A DNA stretch of 34,829 bases from Candidatus Sigynarchaeum calidifontis (GTDB lineage Archaea > Asgardarchaeota > Lokiarchaeia > Sigyniarchaeales > Sigyniarchaeaceae), in the NCBI GenBank assembly GCA_030587475.2, contig JAUQYZ020000137.1, positions 1 to 34,829 on the forward strand. The letters run 5' to 3'. Positions 16,883-26,554 of this stretch are shown piece by piece. The position numbers were made by a program, and so were the translations under genes. Under the pieces are notes generated by a model that worked only from the letters and a program-made list of their open reading frames with translations, did no database searches and had not been told where the DNA came from. Every line of letters begins with the position of its first letter. The first letter of the stretch is position 1.

Positions 16883-19837
16883 CTAGTATTTCTTGGCCAA
16901 GTTGCCCTCGAGATCTAGGGGTTTTTGCCACGCCTCCTTTAACTTATCCGTGGTGACATCCAACACCAACGAATCCTTGATGCCTTTCACCTTTAATTTT
17001 TTATCTGGAATGACCACGCCAATCCGGGAGATATCGGAACCGGCCATCGTTTTTTCGAACTCGCTTTCCTTGTTCGCCGGAACCTCGACAATAATGCGGC
17101 CATTTGACTCGGAAAACAAGATATAATCATCCCGGTCGCAGGATTCTGACGTGAGCACCTTTACCAGCTCGACGGACGCACCGAGCTCTCCCGAAAAGCA
17201 CATCTCGGCAAGTGCCACGGCCAGGCCACCCTCAGAACAATCGTGCGCGCTCACGACAAGGTCGGCCATCATAGCTGCGTGGAGTTTCTGGTATGTATCC
17301 TTGAATTTTACCGGATCCACTTTCGGAATAATGGTATTTGCGCCTTGCTTGTTTATTGCTTCAAGATAATGCGAGCCGCCGAGTTCATTCGCCGTTATCC
17401 CTGTGAGGTAGATCGCATTTCCTGGTTGCTTGAAATAAGAGGTGCGAGCCTTCCTGACATCTTCGCATTTCCCGATGGCGGAAATGAGCAAAGTAGCAGG
17501 AATTGATATCGTGCCGGTATCTGTCTTGTACTCGTTGTTCAAGCTATCCTTGCCCGATATGAAGGGCGTCCCGAACTTGACGGAAATGTCCTTGCATGCC
17601 TTGCACGCTAAAACCAACCGACCCATCTGGACGGGATCCTTAGGATTTCCCCAACAAAAATTGTCAAGCAAGGCGAGGTGGCTGGGATCTGCCCCGCAGC
17701 ACACGGCGTTCCGGATCGCCTCGTCGATGCCCGACGCAGCCATCCAATACGCGTCAATATCGCCATATTTCGGGTTCATCCCGTTCGCCACGACTAATCC
17801 CTCGTAGGAGTCCTCATCGGGCTTGATCACGGCACCGTCACCAGGCCCGTCGTTTTTCACTCCTTGCAATGGCTTGATCACGGTGTTTCCTTGAACCTCG
17901 GAATCGTACTGGCGAATCGCCCATTCCTTGCTACACACGTTCCAGCTGGATAAAATGCGGAGCAGGGGTTCTTCAAGCCTCAATGGTGCCGGAAATGCAT
18001 TGCAGACATGTTCCACTTCTTTCCACGTGGCTTCGTTCGTTACTTTGGGAATACCGTTGTGCAAGAATTCGATGTCGATTTCACCAATGGTTTTTTCCCC
18101 ATACTTGAGGGTGAGTTTTTTATCGCCCGTGATCTCACCGATTTTATAAACACCGACATCCTCCGCCTCGAAAATGCGCTTGAACTCGTCGTATTTGGAG
18201 GGCGGGACGCTGAATGCTTGTCGTTCTTGCGACTCCGAAATCCAGATCTCCCATGGTAATAAGCCTTGATACTTCAACGGGACTTGATCGAGATGAATCA
18301 CGCACCCGAGGCCCTCCGCCATCTCCCCAAAGGCAGAAGACAGCCCACCACCACCGCAATCTTGCACGAAATTGTACAACCCCTTGTCTCGAGCCTTGAA
18401 CATGGCTTCCATAAACATGTGCTCGGTGATCGGGTCACCAATCTGGACCGGGTTTGACGTGGTGAACTTGTCCATCTCGAGCGAGGCGAACGTCACGCCG
18501 TGGATGCCGTCCCGTCCCGTTTTTCCACCGACGAATACCATATAATCACCCACTTGTGGTTTCTTCTCCTCAGAGGGTTTTCCAAGGATTGTCTTGGGGA
18601 TGATGCCGATCGTGCCGCAAAAGACGAGTGGGTTGCCAAGATACCGCTTGTCGAAGTAAATCGATCCGTTCACGGTTGGGATTCCCATGGGGTTACCGTA
18701 GCCACGAACGCCCGACACGACGCCTTCCATAACTTTCCGGGGATGAATGACACCCTCAGGAACTTGCGCGGGGTCGAAATCCGGCTCGGCAAAGCAGAAG
18801 ATATCGGTATTGGCAATGGGTTTTGCACCGAGTCCGGCTGCAAGCACGTCCCGGATAACACCACCAATCCCTGTCGCCGCGCCTCCATATGGTTCCTTGG
18901 CAGAAGGGTGATTGTGGGTCTCTACTTTGAAACATGCATTGAATTTGCTGTTGAATGAAATGATTCCCGCGTTATCCTTAAAAACAGACACACAAATATT
19001 TCGTTTTCCTGAATTCTTGATGATTTCTTGCGTTGCATCGAAAATCGTAGATTTTATAAGGTTCTCTATCCGCTCCTTCTTTTTTGAGCCGCCGATTTGG
19101 ATCCTCTCGAGGTTAACTACGCCCTTGAGGGTCTTGTGCACGCAGTGCTCACTCCACGTCTGCGCGAAAGTCTCCATCTCGATATCGCTCGGTTCACGGC
19201 CGAGTTTCTTGTAATAGTCCTGGATACGTTTCATTTCCGCGAGATTGAGGGCGAACAAGCCTTTTTTCGATATATCTTCCAATTCTGAATCGGTAGCATT
19301 GGTAATGGGAACTATTCGAACTAGCTGGTCGGTATTCAATGTCCTGGAAATGTTGTAATCCGGGAGCTCGATGCCGGCCTTTGAAACGATAGCAAACTCG
19401 ACGATAGGGTTGTGAATTGATCTCGCGATGCCATCAATCACTTGCGCTTTTTTATTCCAGATGACATGCGCGGAGAAAGAATGGATGAAATCGCCGCTTG
19501 CATCCTTTATCTTGATGCCGAGATCCTTGACAGCGATGGAAGCCGTGTGCCCCACGTTATCAGTAACTCCAGGCTTATATCCAGTTGTCACGACAAATGT
19601 GAAATCTCGCCATGGCAATTCATCGATGGAGTACGATTCCACTACGGGATCCATAAATAGAGACTTGGCCATGGTTTCTGCATCGGCCTTGGAGATGTCG
19701 GCGTCGACGAAATAGCCCGTGATAACCTTGACCCTATGGATCGCCGTGTTAAATTGTTTGGAAAACATGTCCGCGAGCTTAGCTTCCTTGCTGGTCATTC
19801 CATCGATATTGGAGAAAATACATATTATGTGGCTCAT
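16883..19837 (-). CDS. purL: FGAM synthase PurL with fused N-terminal PurS-like region
   Basis: QTWSEHCVHK, FKVETHNHPS..EPYGGAATG, DCGGGGL, SESQER and HDCSEGG; N-terminal DPVVE/KPGVTDNVG PurS-like repeats. Confidence 0.95.
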   Translation of the reverse strand: MSHIICIFSNIDGMTSKEAKLADMFSKQFNTAIHRVKVITGYFVDADISKADAETMAKSLFMDPVVESYSIDELPWRDFTFVVTTGYKPGVTDNVGHTASIAVKDLGIKIKDASGDFIHSFSAHVIWNKKAQVIDGIARSIHNPIVEFAIVSKAGIELPDYNISRTLNTDQLVRIVPITNATDSELEDISKKGLFALNLAEMKRIQDYYKKLGREPSDIEMETFAQTWSEHCVHKTLKGVVNLERIQIGGSKKKERIENLIKSTIFDATQEIIKNSGKRNICVSVFKDNAGIISFNSKFNACFKVETHNHPSAKEPYGGAATGIGGVIRDVLAAGLGAKPIANTDIFCFAEPDFDPAQVPEGVIHPRKVMEGVVSGVRGYGNPMGIPTVNGSIYFDKRYLGNPLVFCGTIGIIPKTILGKPSEEKKPQVGDYMVFVGGKTGRDGIHGVTFASLEMDKFTTSNPVQIGDPITEHMFMEAMFKARDKGLYNFVQDCGGGGLSSAFGEMAEGLGCVIHLDQVPLKYQGLLPWEIWISESQERQAFSVPPSKYDEFKRIFEAEDVGVYKIGEITGDKKLTLKYGEKTIGEIDIEFLHNGIPKVTNEATWKEVEHVCNAFPAPLRLEEPLLRILSSWNVCSKEWAIRQYDSEVQGNTVIKPLQGVKNDGPGDGAVIKPDEDSYEGLVVANGMNPKYGDIDAYWMAASGIDEAIRNAVCCGADPSHLALLDNFCWGNPKDPVQMGRLVLACKACKDISVKFGTPFISGKDSLNNEYKTDTGTISIPATLLISAIGKCEDVRKARTSYFKQPGNAIYLTGITANELGGSHYLEAINKQGANTIIPKVDPVKFKDTYQKLHAAMMADLVVSAHDCSEGGLAVALAEMCFSGELGASVELVKVLTSESCDRDDYILFSESNGRIIVEVPANKESEFEKTMAGSDISRIGVVIPDKKLKVKGIKDSLVLDVTTDKLKEAWQKPLDLEGNLAKKY

Positions 19838-19867
19838 CTAGTGGCTTCCTCTTGTTCATTTGTTTTT

Positions 19868-20857
19868 TTAGTCTATATAGCCCAATTCCCTTAACTTTTT
19901 CTCGATCCGGGTTACCGGATGGACATCTTCGGGAATTGCATTGAAATCGAATTGTTGCCCGGTTATCAGCTCGTAGTTCTTGAGATACTTCTTGCATAAC
20001 GCGATTTTAACCGACTCGTCAACGGCGGGGATTGGTCCATCGCCAGTGAAGTTTCGCTCCGTACGAAGCCACTCACGAAAGAATTCCTTGTCTAGCACTT
20101 CTGGCTCCTTTTTCGCAGCGAACAAAGAATCATATGACTTTGCTATCCAGAACCGGCTCGAGTCGGGGGTGTGGATCTCGTCGATGACGACGATATTCCC
20201 ATCTTTATCAAGACCGAATTCGTATTTAGTGTCAACTAGGATCAAACCGTTTTTTTTTGCAATCTCGGTTCCTTTCTCGAAAAGCTTGAAGGTATACTCT
20301 TCCATTTGCAGATAAACGCTCTTCGGAACGATCTTTCGTGAAATAATTTCTTCCCTCGATATTTCCTCGTCGTGCATACCTATTTCCGCTTTCGTGCTCG
20401 GAGTTATAATAGGCTCGTCGAGCTTCTGGTTCTTCACGAGGTTCGGCTTGAAAACGATGCCGGAGATTTTTTTATTCGGGTTGTTTTCATAGGAACGCCA
20501 GGCCGATCCCGTGATGTAAGCACGAACAACCATCTCCACGGGCAGTGGTTTGCATTCTTTCCCGATAATGACGTTCGGATCTGGAACCAAAATAACGTAA
20601 TTGGGCACGACATGTTTTGTTTTTTCGAACCAGAACGCCGCCGCCATGTTCAAAACCTGGCCTTTGAACGGGATCGACGTGATGATGCGATCGAACGCAG
20701 AAAGCCGGTCTGTCGCGATCAAGATCCGCTTGTCCTTGACGATGTAATTGTCCCGTACTTTCCCTTGATAGAATCCATCGAATTGTCCCTTAAACTTGGT
20801 CTCGTGGATTAGGTAGTCCTTTTTCAAGATGTCTTTTATTTTTTCGTCGACATCCAT
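19868..20857 (-). CDS. purC: SAICAR synthetase (long, Ade1-like type)
   Basis: YQGKVRD, TDRLSAFD, EMVVRAYITGS, DTKYEFG, DEIHTPDSSRFW and DKEFFR. Confidence 0.96.
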   Translation of the reverse strand: MDVDEKIKDILKKDYLIHETKFKGQFDGFYQGKVRDNYIVKDKRILIATDRLSAFDRIITSIPFKGQVLNMAAAFWFEKTKHVVPNYVILVPDPNVIIGKECKPLPVEMVVRAYITGSAWRSYENNPNKKISGIVFKPNLVKNQKLDEPIITPSTKAEIGMHDEEISREEIISRKIVPKSVYLQMEEYTFKLFEKGTEIAKKNGLILVDTKYEFGLDKDGNIVVIDEIHTPDSSRFWIAKSYDSLFAAKKEPEVLDKEFFREWLRTERNFTGDGPIPAVDESVKIALCKKYLKNYELITGQQFDFNAIPEDVHPVTRIEKKLRELGYID

Positions 20858-21171
20858 AATGACATCGTCTCTAAAAATGAAGGAAATGGGATTCTATTCC
20901 ACGGGATGTATTCATGGTAATCGCTTTTAGTATTTTGTAATAAATTTAACAACTACTCTGTTAATGTTTTAATATTCGCCCACTTCGAGCCCTTGTATTT
21001 TTTCTTTTCACGCCCTCCGATTGTCGTGGCGGATTTCAGACTCTCTTTCGGCTTCAGCTGACCGCCATTTATTATGGGGATTGCATCGCTTTGCTATTTG
21101 AGCAGTTCGCATAAGATTATAAAGTTAGATTTCCCAGATTATCTAGAAAGACATCCACGAGTGGAAAACCA

Positions 21172-21393
21172 ATGGAAAAATCAACCACCATTCACGACAT
21201 CATCCAAGATACACAATCCCAGTTCAAGGCAATCAAGATTACGAGAAAACAAACCGTTGCCGAACTTCTCAAGGAACTCAATTTAGAGGACTCGTATCTA
21301 GCAGTTCTAGTTGATGGAGTAAAGGCAGATCTGAACGACGAAATTAATGAGAACCAAAAGATAATCATATTGCCAAAAATTGCCGGCGGATAA
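21172..21393 (+). CDS. Ubiquitin-like beta-grasp protein (MoaD/ThiS/SAMP family)
   Basis: TVAELLKELNL...AVLVDG...IIILPKIAGG, C-terminal diglycine. Confidence 0.88.
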   Translation: MEKSTTIHDIIQDTQSQFKAIKITRKQTVAELLKELNLEDSYLAVLVDGVKADLNDEINENQKIIILPKIAGG

Positions 21394-21500
21394 GGCAAAT
21401 CTGGGCGTTTTTAAGTGGATCCGGTCGTGGCCAACGACGAGAACTAGGAGCTCGCGTAGGCTTTTTATTTCTCCTTCTTTTATATAAGTGGTGCAATCCT

Positions 21501-22514
21501 TTGCGGCTCGTTTTCCTGGGCACTGCTGCAAGCACCAGCACGGCAAAAGCCCGCTTGCAGAGCGTGCTCCTCCAAACCGACAATGGCGAATTAATCCTCT
21601 TCGATACGGGGGAGGATGTGCAACGCGGGTTCGAGGACGCCAAGATCAAGTTGAATAAGCCGCTATCGATATTCATCACCCACATGCACGGGGATCACGT
21701 GATCGGTCTCCCGGGTTTGCTATTTCGCCTCGGTTCCTTCAACCGTTCAAAGGAGGTGGAAATTTTCGGGCCGAGAGGCATATTCTTTTATTTGCTCGCC
21801 CACCGGCTAACAGTTGGTCTCGTAACGAGTTACCCTCTCAAGGTCACCGAGATCGATCTCGCTGCTAAAACACTCATGGAATACCCTTCCCTCGATGAAA
21901 ATTTCACCCTGGAAAACATCGAAAACCAGCTGGTGAAAAAAGAGATGAAAGACAATACCATCAAGATGAACAGCAAGTTCAGCATCGATGCAATCGCAGC
22001 AGATCATACGACGGTGCAAAGCTTCTCGTTTATCTTCAAGGAGGCCCCTCTCCCTGGAAAATTCAACCCGGAAAGGGCGAAAGCCTTGAATATACCCCGC
22101 GGCCACTTGTGGGGGAAAATGCAAGAAGGCCAGGTCATCACCCTCAAGGACGGGCGGATCATCGACCCGCTCAAGGAAGGCATCGTGGGCCCGCCACGCC
22201 GCGGCAGGATGATCGTCTTGTCCGGGGACACGAGGCCGACAGGTGCCATCGCCAAATGCTTGAAAGAGAACCAAGTAGATCTCCTGGTTCACGAGGCCAC
22301 GTACACGGACGAACTGCAAGGGATGGCAATCGACAGGAAACATACGACCATGGAAGAAGCGTGTAGGCTGGCAAAGGAAGGGAATGTCCTCAAGCTCGCT
22401 CTCACGCACTTTTCTATCAGATATCTCGATGATCTCAAGACTATTGAAGACATGGCAAGAAACATATTCAAAGATACAATTGTCGCTCGCGATAATCTCG
22501 TGATCGACCTTTAA
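21501..22514 (+). CDS. rnz: Ribonuclease Z (tRNase Z short form)
   Basis: FLGT, FDTGE, THMHGDH, exosite arm (IPRG..WGKMQEG), SGDT, HEATY, H-T-T and LTHFSIRY. Confidence 0.95.
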   Translation: MRLVFLGTAASTSTAKARLQSVLLQTDNGELILFDTGEDVQRGFEDAKIKLNKPLSIFITHMHGDHVIGLPGLLFRLGSFNRSKEVEIFGPRGIFFYLLAHRLTVGLVTSYPLKVTEIDLAAKTLMEYPSLDENFTLENIENQLVKKEMKDNTIKMNSKFSIDAIAADHTTVQSFSFIFKEAPLPGKFNPERAKALNIPRGHLWGKMQEGQVITLKDGRIIDPLKEGIVGPPRRGRMIVLSGDTRPTGAIAKCLKENQVDLLVHEATYTDELQGMAIDRKHTTMEEACRLAKEGNVLKLALTHFSIRYLDDLKTIEDMARNIFKDTIVARDNLVIDL

Positions 22515-22597
22515 TACCGGCCATGCCATCCCTTGTACCATGCACTTTATAGGCCTCGCACTGCTCCATTTAGATACAGCCCACGTAGCTAGAACGG

Positions 22598-23308
22598 TTG
22601 GATGAAGACACAGACGGATGCGAAGACGGCGTGTTTGAATACATCGAATTGGAAAATGTCAGGAAGGAATTTGATATCGGCGATTATATCATCATTCCTA
22701 TTGACGACATCACTCTATCTGTTAAGAAAGGTGATTTTGTAGTCATTTCCGGTGCGTCAGGTGCAGGAAAAACCACCTTATTAAACATTATCGGATCTCT
22801 TGACAAACCGACAAGCGGACGTGTCCGCGTGGAGGGAGTGGACATCACGGTGATGAACGAGCAAGTGCTCGCATCTTGGCGCAGTATAAACGTAGGGTTC
22901 ATTTTCCAATCTTTTAACTTGATTTCCACGCTGGATGCACGCGAGAATATATCCTTCCCGGCGATCGCGTGGAATGCAGAGCTTGAACATGTGAATGAGC
23001 GGGTTGAAGAGCTGCTCCAGCTCGTCGGTTTGAAAGAGAGAGCCGATCACCTCCCCTTCCAGCTCTCTGCAGGGGAGCAACAACGCGTGGCCATTGCACG
23101 CGCGCTCATGAACGATCCCCCCCTCATTCTCGCCGACGAGCCAACGGCAAATCTGGATCAAAAGACTGCAACCATGATCATCAATCTTCTTGAAAAGATC
23201 AAAAAAATGCCAGAGAAAACAATCATCGTAGCGACGCATGACGAGCGGATTGCAAAATTGGCTAACCGGCGGTTTACCATGGAATCGGGAAAGATCCGAG
23301 AGGATTGA
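22598..23308 (+). CDS. ABC transporter ATP-binding protein (LolD/MacB-like)
   Basis: [33 protein letters not shown] and ATHD. Confidence 0.95.
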   Translation: MDEDTDGCEDGVFEYIELENVRKEFDIGDYIIIPIDDITLSVKKGDFVVISGASGAGKTTLLNIIGSLDKPTSGRVRVEGVDITVMNEQVLASWRSINVGFIFQSFNLISTLDARENISFPAIAWNAELEHVNERVEELLQLVGLKERADHLPFQLSAGEQQRVAIARALMNDPPLILADEPTANLDQKTATMIINLLEKIKKMPEKTIIVATHDERIAKLANRRFTMESGKIRED

Positions 23309-23320
23309 GCGGGATCTAAC

Positions 23321-25207
23321 ATGATAGAACTTTTAATTCGCGACCTTGCACGATCGAAAAGCAAGATAGCAAGCATGTTTCTCTCCAATCTTGTCCTAAC
23401 GGCTTTGAATGTCGTGATGATATATCTGCTTAACTTTCTATACACGATGGAGAATGCATTCTCAAGTAACCTGAACGCCGTGTATTTCAATTACACGATC
23501 ATATCCGGGACTTTCACGTTCATGATATTCATCATCGTGGTGGTGTTCTTCATCGCCATGATGTCGAATGTCGTTTTCATCTTGTTTTACATAGAAAAAC
23601 GCACGCGTGATATCGGGATCATGAAGGCAGCAGGAGCGAGCCAGAGTTATATTGTGCAATTTTTCCTCTTCGCACCCATCGTGGTATGCCTGGGGAGTTT
23701 TTTTATCGCATCATTGGTGACCAGCATCTTGATGACCACCATCTGGCCAAATTTATTCCCAAATACAATGACTTCGGTCGAATACATCCTGTTCTTGCTG
23801 CTCGGGAATGTTGTGTCAGTAATCATGACGCCCGTGTATAAAATTGAAAAGCTGTTCGATAAAAAAGTGTCTGAAAACTTGAATATGGACTATAACAAGG
23901 ATTATTTTGATTTGAGAAAAACCTCCCGATTCCGGAATCTTTTAAAACGGCTTGGAAGGACTCTCTTCTTCAGTTACAAGAACCTTCTAACCCGGAAAAA
24001 TGATTTCTCTCGATCCATGTTGATTTTGACTTGCGCGTGCCTAGCAACCGGATTGCTGCTCACGAGCGCATTTGTCATAGAAGGCACGTACTCGAACAAT
24101 ATCAAGGCCTCGCTCGGAGGCAATGTTTCCTCGCGCGTCGTCATGGTGGGTCATGAAGCGATGGTCGATTACATCACGAGTAACTACCGTAGTTTCTATG
24201 AGCCGGGCACGAACCTACCGTACCTGCCAACCATGCACTCGAATGAATTTTCTATGAACCGAAGCGCTTTTAATGCTTCACGGTTCGAGGGCAAGATCGA
24301 GCGAATGGACTGGCGGATCATCTACGAAACAATAGCCCGTGAGGTTCAAGGAATCGAACCAACTCCGCCTATCGGTTATCGCGTGTGGGGGAAGGATCGT
24401 TCTTGCAAGGTCGTGGTTCACGGTGTCGAATTGGATTCTCTATTTAATGCAGATGGGGGCCTTTCCCAGCAATCCTTTGGCAATGATGGGTACGATGTCA
24501 TTCTAGGTGATACGGTCGCAGGGTTGATCATCGATAATATGGATTTCCAGAAAATAGATCTGGATGGCGGTAATCACAAAATCGCGGGAAAAGTATTCGA
24601 AACGTTCAATAACGGGTTTATAATTTATATGAATCAGTCGAATGTATGGATGTTACTTAACAAGACCGCATTCTACAACTGCGTCTTCCTCGTGCTGAAA
24701 CCCGCTTCCGACAACGAAATGGCAGCATGCATAGCCGATTTGAATGATTACGTGAAATCACTATACGGGGATAATTTCACTGCCCGCTCATTGAGACCGA
24801 TTTTTTCATCGGTCATCGATTCGCCACGACATATATGGTGGTTATACGGCAGCATCGCGTCGTTGATATTCGTTTTTTCTCTCGTGTTCCAGCAAGAATT
24901 CATCAACATGGCGATCCAGAGCAATTCCCGTGATTACAAGGTAATGCACGCGCTCGGCATGGAAAAAAAACGAATCGCGCGGGTCATCCACGAGGAGTTC
25001 ACGATCGTCCTTTCACTAGCATGTATCCTCTCTTTTGGGCTGAGCTTGATCGTTTCAAGTCTATTCATCATCCCTTTGCCCTCGCTACCACCCATATATG
25101 TCCCCATAGCCATTTTCGGCGCGATCTGGCTCTGCTTCTATATCTCGAGCCTGTTCATCACGACTCGAGGAAGGAGACTTCGCTTTCTCATTGGAAGCCA
25201 ACCTTGA
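23321..25207 (+). CDS. FtsX/MacB-family ABC permease
   Basis: Two TM clusters with RTRDIGIMKAAGA and SRDYKVMHALG motifs flanking a large external domain. Confidence 0.85.
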   Translation: MIELLIRDLARSKSKIASMFLSNLVLTALNVVMIYLLNFLYTMENAFSSNLNAVYFNYTIISGTFTFMIFIIVVVFFIAMMSNVVFILFYIEKRTRDIGIMKAAGASQSYIVQFFLFAPIVVCLGSFFIASLVTSILMTTIWPNLFPNTMTSVEYILFLLLGNVVSVIMTPVYKIEKLFDKKVSENLNMDYNKDYFDLRKTSRFRNLLKRLGRTLFFSYKNLLTRKNDFSRSMLILTCACLATGLLLTSAFVIEGTYSNNIKASLGGNVSSRVVMVGHEAMVDYITSNYRSFYEPGTNLPYLPTMHSNEFSMNRSAFNASRFEGKIERMDWRIIYETIAREVQGIEPTPPIGYRVWGKDRSCKVVVHGVELDSLFNADGGLSQQSFGNDGYDVILGDTVAGLIIDNMDFQKIDLDGGNHKIAGKVFETFNNGFIIYMNQSNVWMLLNKTAFYNCVFLVLKPASDNEMAACIADLNDYVKSLYGDNFTARSLRPIFSSVIDSPRHIWWLYGSIASLIFVFSLVFQQEFINMAIQSNSRDYKVMHALGMEKKRIARVIHEEFTIVLSLACILSFGLSLIVSSLFIIPLPSLPPIYVPIAIFGAIWLCFYISSLFITTRGRRLRFLIGSQP

Positions 25208-25263
25208 TCCAGCGCAGTTCGGAGTTTAAATATCAAGATCTGGTTTGATCGCTGGTGATCGCC

Positions 25264-25599
25264 ATGCCAACACCAACAAAACCAGATGTTAAGGGCAATC
25301 TCAAAGAAGCTACCGAAATCCTCGATTGCATGAACGTCGATGATGAAAAATTACAAAAGATCGCCGATGTCATCTCGGAAAAGATCAAGAACGATCCAAA
25401 CATCAAGAAAGTCATCGAAGCATTGTCGGCCTCCTTGAAAGAGGAAGATCCGAAGCAAATTATTACCATGATGCAAAAATTACTTGAACACGACGATATA
25501 ATGCCGTTAATCGAGCAAATTCTTTCAGCATTGGGAAATAATCCTGAAATCATCGAAAACATCGAGAAGAAAGTGCTTCCCATATTGTTTAGTCGTTGA
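25264..25599 (+). CDS. Small all-helical protein with STI1/DP-like repeats
   Basis: GGTGA SD before ATG 25264; repeated NDPNI / EDPKQI / NNPEII turns between amphipathic helices; family call is tentative. Confidence 0.6.
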   Translation: MPTPTKPDVKGNLKEATEILDCMNVDDEKLQKIADVISEKIKNDPNIKKVIEALSASLKEEDPKQIITMMQKLLEHDDIMPLIEQILSALGNNPEIIENIEKKVLPILFSR

Positions 25600-25736
25600 T
25601 CAAGACCGGACACCCCGGGTCGGAAGCAAACGGCAGCCCGCGTAATGTGGTTTTTTTATTTTGGAATTACTTTAAAACTACAGAACCATAGAGCCAGTAT
25701 TATTCCTCATTGATGCTCGAACCGGCGTGATACGGC

Positions 25737-26543
25737 GTGTTCAAAAACCAGCAGAAGAAAAAAAAGAAATATAAAATACAAAAGGAGAAGCCATTCAATT
25801 ATAAGAATTTCTTCTTGATTATCTCTGGTTTTTCGATTCTCTTGGTCATGATAATCGTGTTTTCAGCCCTGGATGCCATACCGGGCGGGCCACAATTCAA
25901 GCACTTTGTCCAGCAATCTCCCAATTCCATGCTGTTTGTCTTGATATTCTCCTTGATCATCAATCTCTCGTCTACCATGCTCGGGAAAGCCTTGATCGAC
26001 ACGGGGGAACTGCAACGAAAGTCAAAAATCATTAAAGAACACAATCTCGAGAAAAAAGAGGTTGAAAAGCTCAAGGATGTCGATTTCAAGCAATATCAAA
26101 AACGAATGATCAAGATAAAGCGAATGGAAGCATCGGTCAAGAAGATGACACAGAGCATCAGCATGCAGCGCATGAAACCGAGCTGCGTGACATTCATTCC
26201 CATGATCGCCTTGTTTTTCTTCATCCGCACCTTGTTTGAAATCCCCATAAGCGTCGTTCCTGTTGCTGGCAGTTTCTGGTTCGGTGTCGATGGTGGTAAC
26301 GTGGGCATCGCGAGAATGGTAATGAACCCGTGGCCGGAACTCAGTTTCCTTGCCTCATACCTGTTCCCGACCCCTAACGTCAATTATTGGGCATCCTCCG
26401 GGTACATCTCCTTCACGGCGTTCTATTTCCTGTGCTCGTTCTCGCTAGGGGTGATCGTGCAGCGGTTGTCGGGGATGGCGACGAGCGGGATGGGGGGCAT
26501 GGGAGGAATGCCTGGTATGGGGGGTTTGGGTGGAATGAAATGA
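25737..26543 (+). CDS. DUF106 / EMC3-TMCO1-Get1 (Oxa1 superfamily) membrane protein insertase
   Basis: TM, cytosolic coiled coil, MKP...TFIPMI TM, FYFLCSF TM; usual location upstream of rpl34e-cmk-rpl14e. Confidence 0.9.
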   Translation: MFKNQQKKKKKYKIQKEKPFNYKNFFLIISGFSILLVMIIVFSALDAIPGGPQFKHFVQQSPNSMLFVLIFSLIINLSSTMLGKALIDTGELQRKSKIIKEHNLEKKEVEKLKDVDFKQYQKRMIKIKRMEASVKKMTQSISMQRMKPSCVTFIPMIALFFFIRTLFEIPISVVPVAGSFWFGVDGGNVGIARMVMNPWPELSFLASYLFPTPNVNYWASSGYISFTAFYFLCSFSLGVIVQRLSGMATSGMGGMGGMPGMGGLGGMK

Positions 26544-26554
26544 GAGGCCAGATA

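Noticed and set aside
21025-21070. Hammerhead ribozyme or ZTP/purine riboswitch upstream of purC
   Set aside because: CTGAAG...GAAA on the minus strand has no stem II, and riboswitch consensus elements are missing
23306-23323. In-frame TGA between the ABC ATPase and permease (read-through would give a MacB-like fusion)
   Set aside because: The ATPase ends at its normal length; in-frame neighbours are expected by chance in about a third of pairs; no recoding signal seen
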